Source: Lama guanicoe
Taxonomy: Eukaryota
Assembly (NCBI GenBank): GCA_013239625.1
Contig: MU053504.1
Span: forward strand, 1,930,607-1,994,606
Length of the DNA: 64,000 nt
Direction: 5' to 3'
Positions 62,201 to 64,000 of the stretch are shown one piece after another. Under the pieces are notes generated by a model. It was not told the DNA's origin. It saw nothing but the letters and a program-made list of their open reading frames with translations, and did not search any database. Both the position numbers and the translations under genes were made by a program. Position 1 is the stretch's first letter. Every line of letters starts with the position of its first letter.

Positions 62201-63180
62201 AAGAATCTCAGCAGGATTAGATCCAAAAATATAAAATGCAGTATCTGAATTATTCGAAAAAACAATTCTTGGACCCCAAGAAAGAGATTAATTAGCCAAA
62301 TTTCAGTGAAAACGAAAAATTAGTATCATGATTTTAATTTACCCAGCATAGCTGACAGTGCTCTTCTTTCAGCTGGCACAACACATTTCTCAGAGATACC
62401 TTTTTTAGTCATTAAAACCACAAGTCAGAATGTATTAAACTAGCTCTTCAAATTGCTGTATCTCTAAGTGGTTATATAGAGTTTTCAAAGATAATAAAGC
62501 ATATTCTGTTTTATTCAAACAGTCTTCTTAGTGAGAGAAAAATGTTTTTAAATCATGAATAAAGACAAAAGTTTTTCAGTTTATATTTCAGCTTTATGTG
62601 CTTTTTTAAAAAAAAATTCCATTTTGGAGAACTCTGCACTGTATATAATCTATGGGTTCACAAGTACATAGGTTTAATTTGTAAATAAATATAAATTGGG
62701 GCACTTGATCTAGTGTTTTACTCTCCAGATGTATGGAAAGGGCTGCCCAGAGGACCCTCAGGAGGCTTATCCCCCTAACATAGGTCACAGGATATAGGTC
62801 ATTGTGCTCTGGGAAGGATGTTTTTAAAGATACTTTCTCATGGAATTAGGCATTTGATTAAGCATTAAATCCCATATACATTTATGGGAGGGAAATGAAA
62901 TTTACTTGGGACATATTGCTTTTATGTTAAGGAGAATTGGTTAGAAATTTTACTAGTTCTCCTGTAAGCCGTGAGTTTTTCTTAAGACATGAAAGTATAT
63001 TTTTTATTAAGAAAGTTAAGAATAGTAAAATAATTACTGCTTTATTTTAAAATCAGGAAACTGTTATAATTAATTTTCTAATTATTTGTATTTCTCACCA
63101 GCAAAACAGGGATTTGGACATGTTCATCAATGCCTCCAAAAACTTCAACCTCAACATCACCTGGGCCCCCAGCTTCTCAG
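16607..63180 (+). CDS. ATRN: Attractin, partial spliced CDS (exons 2-23, 3,236 nt); exon 1 and 3' exons lie outside the window
   Basis: 22 GT-AG exons with matching phases give one open frame from [27 protein letters not shown] to [26 protein letters not shown]. The peptide and its CUB-EGF-Kelch-PSI-CTL-PSI-LamEGF order match attractin. Confidence 0.97.
17156..18127. mobile_element. Charlie1-like hAT DNA transposon, internally deleted
   Basis: Degenerate terminal inverted repeats cagtcttctcaaa ... tttgagaactgatg; interior resembles Charlie1. Confidence 0.7.
19807..19920 (+). CDS. ATRN: ATRN exon 3 (114 nt, CUB)
   Basis: tttcag|GCCA...TTTAG|gtaagc; [37 protein letters not shown]; phase 2-2. 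Confidence 0.96.
20829..21181. mobile_element. MER47/Tigger5-like TcMar-Tigger element, one end missing
   Basis: cattagcctatggttgggcaaaatcatctaac...cataagtcaaggaccatctg followed by a TA target. Confidence 0.75.
22154..22282 (+). CDS. ATRN: ATRN exon 4 (129 nt, CUB)
   Basis: ttacag|TGGC...TACAA|gtaaga; [42 protein letters not shown]; phase 2-2. Confidence 0.96.
23191..23236 (+). repeat. (TTTC)n microsatellite
   Basis: About 10 consecutive TTTC units. Confidence 0.95.
24045..24250 (+). CDS. ATRN: ATRN exon 5 (206 nt, EGF-like)
   Basis: ttatag|TTTT...GCAGG|gtagga; [15 protein letters not shown]...[10 protein letters not shown]. Confidence 0.96.
25368..25536 (+). CDS. ATRN: ATRN exon 6 (169 nt, start of Kelch region)
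   Basis: tattag|GTCC...CTAGC|gtaagt; [14 protein letters not shown]...[17 protein letters not shown]. Confidence 0.96.
26130..27170 (+). mobile_element. Degenerate L1 5'/ORF1 remnant; similar A-rich remnants at ~29100-30290 and ~31230-31790
   Basis: Very A-rich sense sequence with ORF1-like motifs (aaatcagactggcctcagacctctc; gaatagtatgcccagccaagatgtc). Confidence 0.5.
27270..27660 (-). mobile_element. MLT1-type MaLR LTR
   Basis: caggttgttggcagaatccatttcctgg...gtaggactgagg; ggttagaagcaagtcatag; terminal tctgccaca. Confidence 0.7.
27665..28610. mobile_element. L2 fragments
   Basis: Pyrimidine-rich L2-like text ending gtgctcaaataagtatttatcaaatga. Confidence 0.55.
33358..33448 (+). CDS. ATRN: ATRN exon 7 (91 nt, Kelch)
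   Basis: ttgtag|GTAT...ACAAG|gtaaaa; [30 protein letters not shown]. Confidence 0.95.
33555..33790 (-). mobile_element. L1MA/MB-type 3' end
   Basis: ttttttattgtggtaaaatacat...ccctggcaaccaccattctactttctgtctct. Confidence 0.75.
34319..34562 (+). CDS. ATRN: ATRN exon 8 (244 nt, Kelch)
   Basis: ttctag|GATA...CTTGG|gtaggt; [20 protein letters not shown]...[11 protein letters not shown]. Confidence 0.96.
35297..35480 (+). CDS. ATRN: ATRN exon 9 (184 nt, Kelch)
   Basis: ttccag|ATAA...ATGTG|gtgggt; [24 protein letters not shown]...YRYDVDTQM. Confidence 0.95.
36489..36643 (+). CDS. ATRN: ATRN exon 10 (155 nt, Kelch)
   Basis: caaaag|GACC...CATTG|gtaagt; [32 protein letters not shown]...DFMAYDI. Confidence 0.94.
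37776..37860 (+). CDS. ATRN: ATRN exon 11 (85 nt, Kelch)
   Basis: tcctag|CTTG...AACAG|gtaatt; [27 protein letters not shown]. Confidence 0.95.
38650..40272 (-). mobile_element. 5'-truncated L1 (ORF2 C-terminus and 3' UTR) with a nested younger L1 tail at 39438-39549
   Basis: Minus ORFs 38944-39360 ([14 protein letters not shown]...[18 protein letters not shown]) and 39507-39863 ([21 protein letters not shown]) are L1 ORF2 peptides. Confidence 0.93.
41175..41395 (+). CDS. ATRN: ATRN exon 12 (221 nt, last Kelch/PSI)
   Basis: ttttag|TACC...AAGAT|gtatgt; [17 protein letters not shown]...[10 protein letters not shown]. Confidence 0.96.
41695..41891. mobile_element. MER3-like hAT-Charlie MITE
   Basis: tgtgatgatggaaatgttctgtatctgcactgtcc...catgtggttagtggctaccatattgga. 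Confidence 0.75.
43348..43469 (+). CDS. ATRN: ATRN exon 13 (122 nt, PSI)
   Basis: acatag|CTCT...GCCAG|gtcaga; [40 protein letters not shown]. Confidence 0.95.
44346..44484 (+). CDS. ATRN: ATRN exon 14 (139 nt, PSI)
   Basis: ttctag|ATCT...GCCTG|gtaagc; [46 protein letters not shown]. Confidence 0.95.
44530..44550 (+). repeat. Short interrupted (CA)n microsatellite
   Basis: cacacacacacacgcacacac just 3' of exon 14. Confidence 0.85.
45119..45309 (+). CDS. ATRN: ATRN exon 15 (191 nt, C-type lectin)
   Basis: taaaag|AAAA...GCATG|gtgagt; [31 protein letters not shown]...QSSQSM. Confidence 0.95.
45614..45833 (+). CDS. ATRN: ATRN exon 16 (220 nt, C-type lectin)
   Basis: ctatag|TCCA...GCCTG|gtaagt; [23 protein letters not shown]...NGSVCERP. 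Confidence 0.96.
47052..47237 (+). CDS. ATRN: ATRN exon 17 (186 nt, PSI)
   Basis: tcccag|CGAA...CCCCC|gtgagt; [30 protein letters not shown]...EWYTMSSCP; phase 1-1. Confidence 0.96.
47794..48030 (+). CDS. ATRN: ATRN exon 18 (237 nt, PSI)
   Basis: gtacag|CTGA...TCCAG|gtaaga; [21 protein letters not shown]...YNWSFIHCP; phase 1-1. Confidence 0.96.
48444..49090 (-). mobile_element. Probable ERV1-type solo LTR (family uncertain)
   Basis: Starts tgttaggggg; antisense AATAAA near 48526; LTR-like composition (tttacatttcaaagagatggctc). Confidence 0.4.
49109..49220 (+). repeat. Polypyrimidine (CT/CCCT) low-complexity tract
   Basis: About 110 nt almost entirely C/T. Confidence 0.9.
49800..50465 (+). 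mobile_element. Old L1M ORF2 end / 3' UTR fragment, sense
   Basis: catgaaaagatgctcagcatc; gtggaaacaacccaaatgtc; gattagtggttgcctaggg. Confidence 0.8.
50466..51615 (-). mobile_element. Old L1M ORF2 fragment, antisense
   Basis: gtggttttgatttgcatttccctaatgactg; minus [22 protein letters not shown] is ORF2-like. Confidence 0.85.
52140..52340 (+). mobile_element. L1MA-type 3' end
   Basis: gatcttaaatgtttcaccacaaaaaagaaatggtaattatgtg...atgtcaattatatctcag. Confidence 0.7.
53079..53216 (+). CDS. ATRN: ATRN exon 19 (138 nt, laminin EGF-like)
   Basis: tttcag|CTTG...TCAAC|gtaagt; [45 protein letters not shown]; phase 1-1. Confidence 0.96.
54300..55180. mobile_element. Cluster of MIR SINE fragments (others at ~22345-22560, ~63240-63450, ~63730-63960)
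   Basis: MIR core motifs cagtttcctcatctgtaaaatggagataata and ctcatttaatcctcccagcaatcctac...gatgaggaagctga. Confidence 0.75.
56085..56178 (+). CDS. ATRN: ATRN exon 20 (94 nt, laminin EGF-like)
   Basis: ccccag|CGTG...CAGCT|gtgagt; [30 protein letters not shown]. Confidence 0.95.
57573..57625 (+). CDS. ATRN: ATRN exon 21 (53 nt)
   Basis: ccctag|ATGT...CTATT|gtaagt; [17 protein letters not shown]. Confidence 0.95.
58631..58930 (+). mobile_element. Cetartiodactyl-type L1 3' end with A-rich tail
   Basis: ggagtttgggattagcagatacacactac...gaatcactttgctctacacctgaaactaacacaacattgtaaatcaactgtacttcaataaaa. Confidence 0.88.
58945..59230. mobile_element. Internal Charlie1-like fragment without TIRs
   Basis: Visibly homologous to ~17445-17670 (gtatgtgaa...; catttcttaaa...gtggagtctgaaac). 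Confidence 0.65.
59375..60070 (-). mobile_element. L1MA/MB-type fragment, antisense
   Basis: gtggaatcatacagtatttgtcttttt...cattgtggttttgatttgcatttcccta. Confidence 0.85.
60554..60648 (+). CDS. ATRN: ATRN exon 22 (95 nt)
   Basis: ccatag|ATAC...ATGAA|gtaaga; [31 protein letters not shown]. Confidence 0.95.
61150..62650 (+). mobile_element. Highly decayed hAT (Charlie/Buster-type) transposase relic
   Basis: ~62360-62470 translates, with a stop and frameshift, to [26 protein letters not shown]...LQIAVS, resembling the hAT dimerisation motif LLPFxTTYLCExxFS...IKTKxRNxL...LRxAVS. Confidence 0.45.
63102..63180 (+). CDS. ATRN: ATRN exon 23 (79 nt)
   Basis: caccag|CAAA...CTCAG|gtaaag; [26 protein letters not shown]. 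Confidence 0.95.
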
Positions 63181-64000
63181 GTAAAGACAGACCTAGAGAA
63201 GACCTTCCAAGTGGAGGTAACAGATGAGAAGGAGTTGAGAAAGGGGGCTCTGGAGACAGACAGATGGGTTTGAAACCCACCTTTGCCATTTAGCTGGGAG
63301 ACCTTGAGCAAGTGTCTAAAACCTATCTCTAGACCCTTAGGGGTTATTCATCTGAAAGAGAAGATAATAATATTTATCTCCTGGAGTTACTGTGTAGATT
63401 AAATTAAGCTATAGCTGTCAGTGCCTGCCATGGTCTTAGGATCAGTGTGTGCTCACTACCCCTGCTCTCCCACCACCATTAATACCGTGGCTCCAGCACT
63501 ACCATCATCGTCCCCATCCGTGCTTCAGAAGTGAAAAATGCAAGTGACTCAGTCTCAAGAAATGGAAACATTTTTATTAGAATGAGATTTTGGTGGATAC
63601 AAGGGAAAATGTACTTTGGGAATTAAATCAAGCTCTAAGAGCACAGGTTTTGCTATCTTGTTTGTCTTGCTATGATTCACTAAATAAGATCTACTGGGTA
63701 GAAAATCTACTAAAGAAAGAAAGAATGGCCCCAATGTAGTGGGTAAGAATGTAGCTCAACAGACGTGGATTTAAATTCCACCTGGTACTTATTAGCACCA
63801 TGCTTTCTGAGCCTGTCTCCTCGGGGATGAAATGAGATGATTAAAAACACCTATCTGTGTAAAATGTTCTGAGGATTAAATGAGATAATAAATGAAGAAC
63901 TCAGTGTAGTGCTAGAAACATGGTTAAATTCTCATTGAGTGGTAACTGTGTTTCATCATCTTTATTACTGTTTTTTGTTCAAAACACAACCAGTTATACT

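Noticed and set aside
63181..64000. L1-derived terminal exon for a secreted attractin isoform, as in human
   Set aside because: That exon lies further 3' than this window reaches; only MIR-like sequence is visible here.

Overview
Mammalian genomic DNA. The window lies entirely inside the attractin gene (ATRN, mouse 'mahogany') on the + strand, from within intron 1 to just past exon 23. I located 22 internal coding exons (2-23, human numbering from memory). All have GT-AG boundaries and compatible phases, and they join into an uninterrupted 3,236-nt reading frame encoding CUB, EGF, Kelch repeats, PSI, C-type lectin, PSI and laminin-EGF regions. Exon 1 and the transmembrane/cytoplasmic exons are outside the window. 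Intron 1 holds the CpG-rich 5' UTR of a young antisense LINE-1 (1-692) and a full-length, frameshifted RPS23 retrocopy with poly(A) tail and target-site duplication. The other introns are rich in L1, L2, MIR, LTR and hAT/Tc-Mariner relics. The repeat content suggests a cetartiodactyl, probably a camelid (inference). I found no convincing new biological system. The best leads are a possible L1 antisense-promoter, ORF0-like exon in frame with ATRN exon 3, a direct repeat bracketing exon 10, a tandem E-box, a palindrome that could mask the exon 17 donor, and small local duplications. Repeat family names come from recalled consensus sequences, not a database search, and repeat boundaries are approximate.
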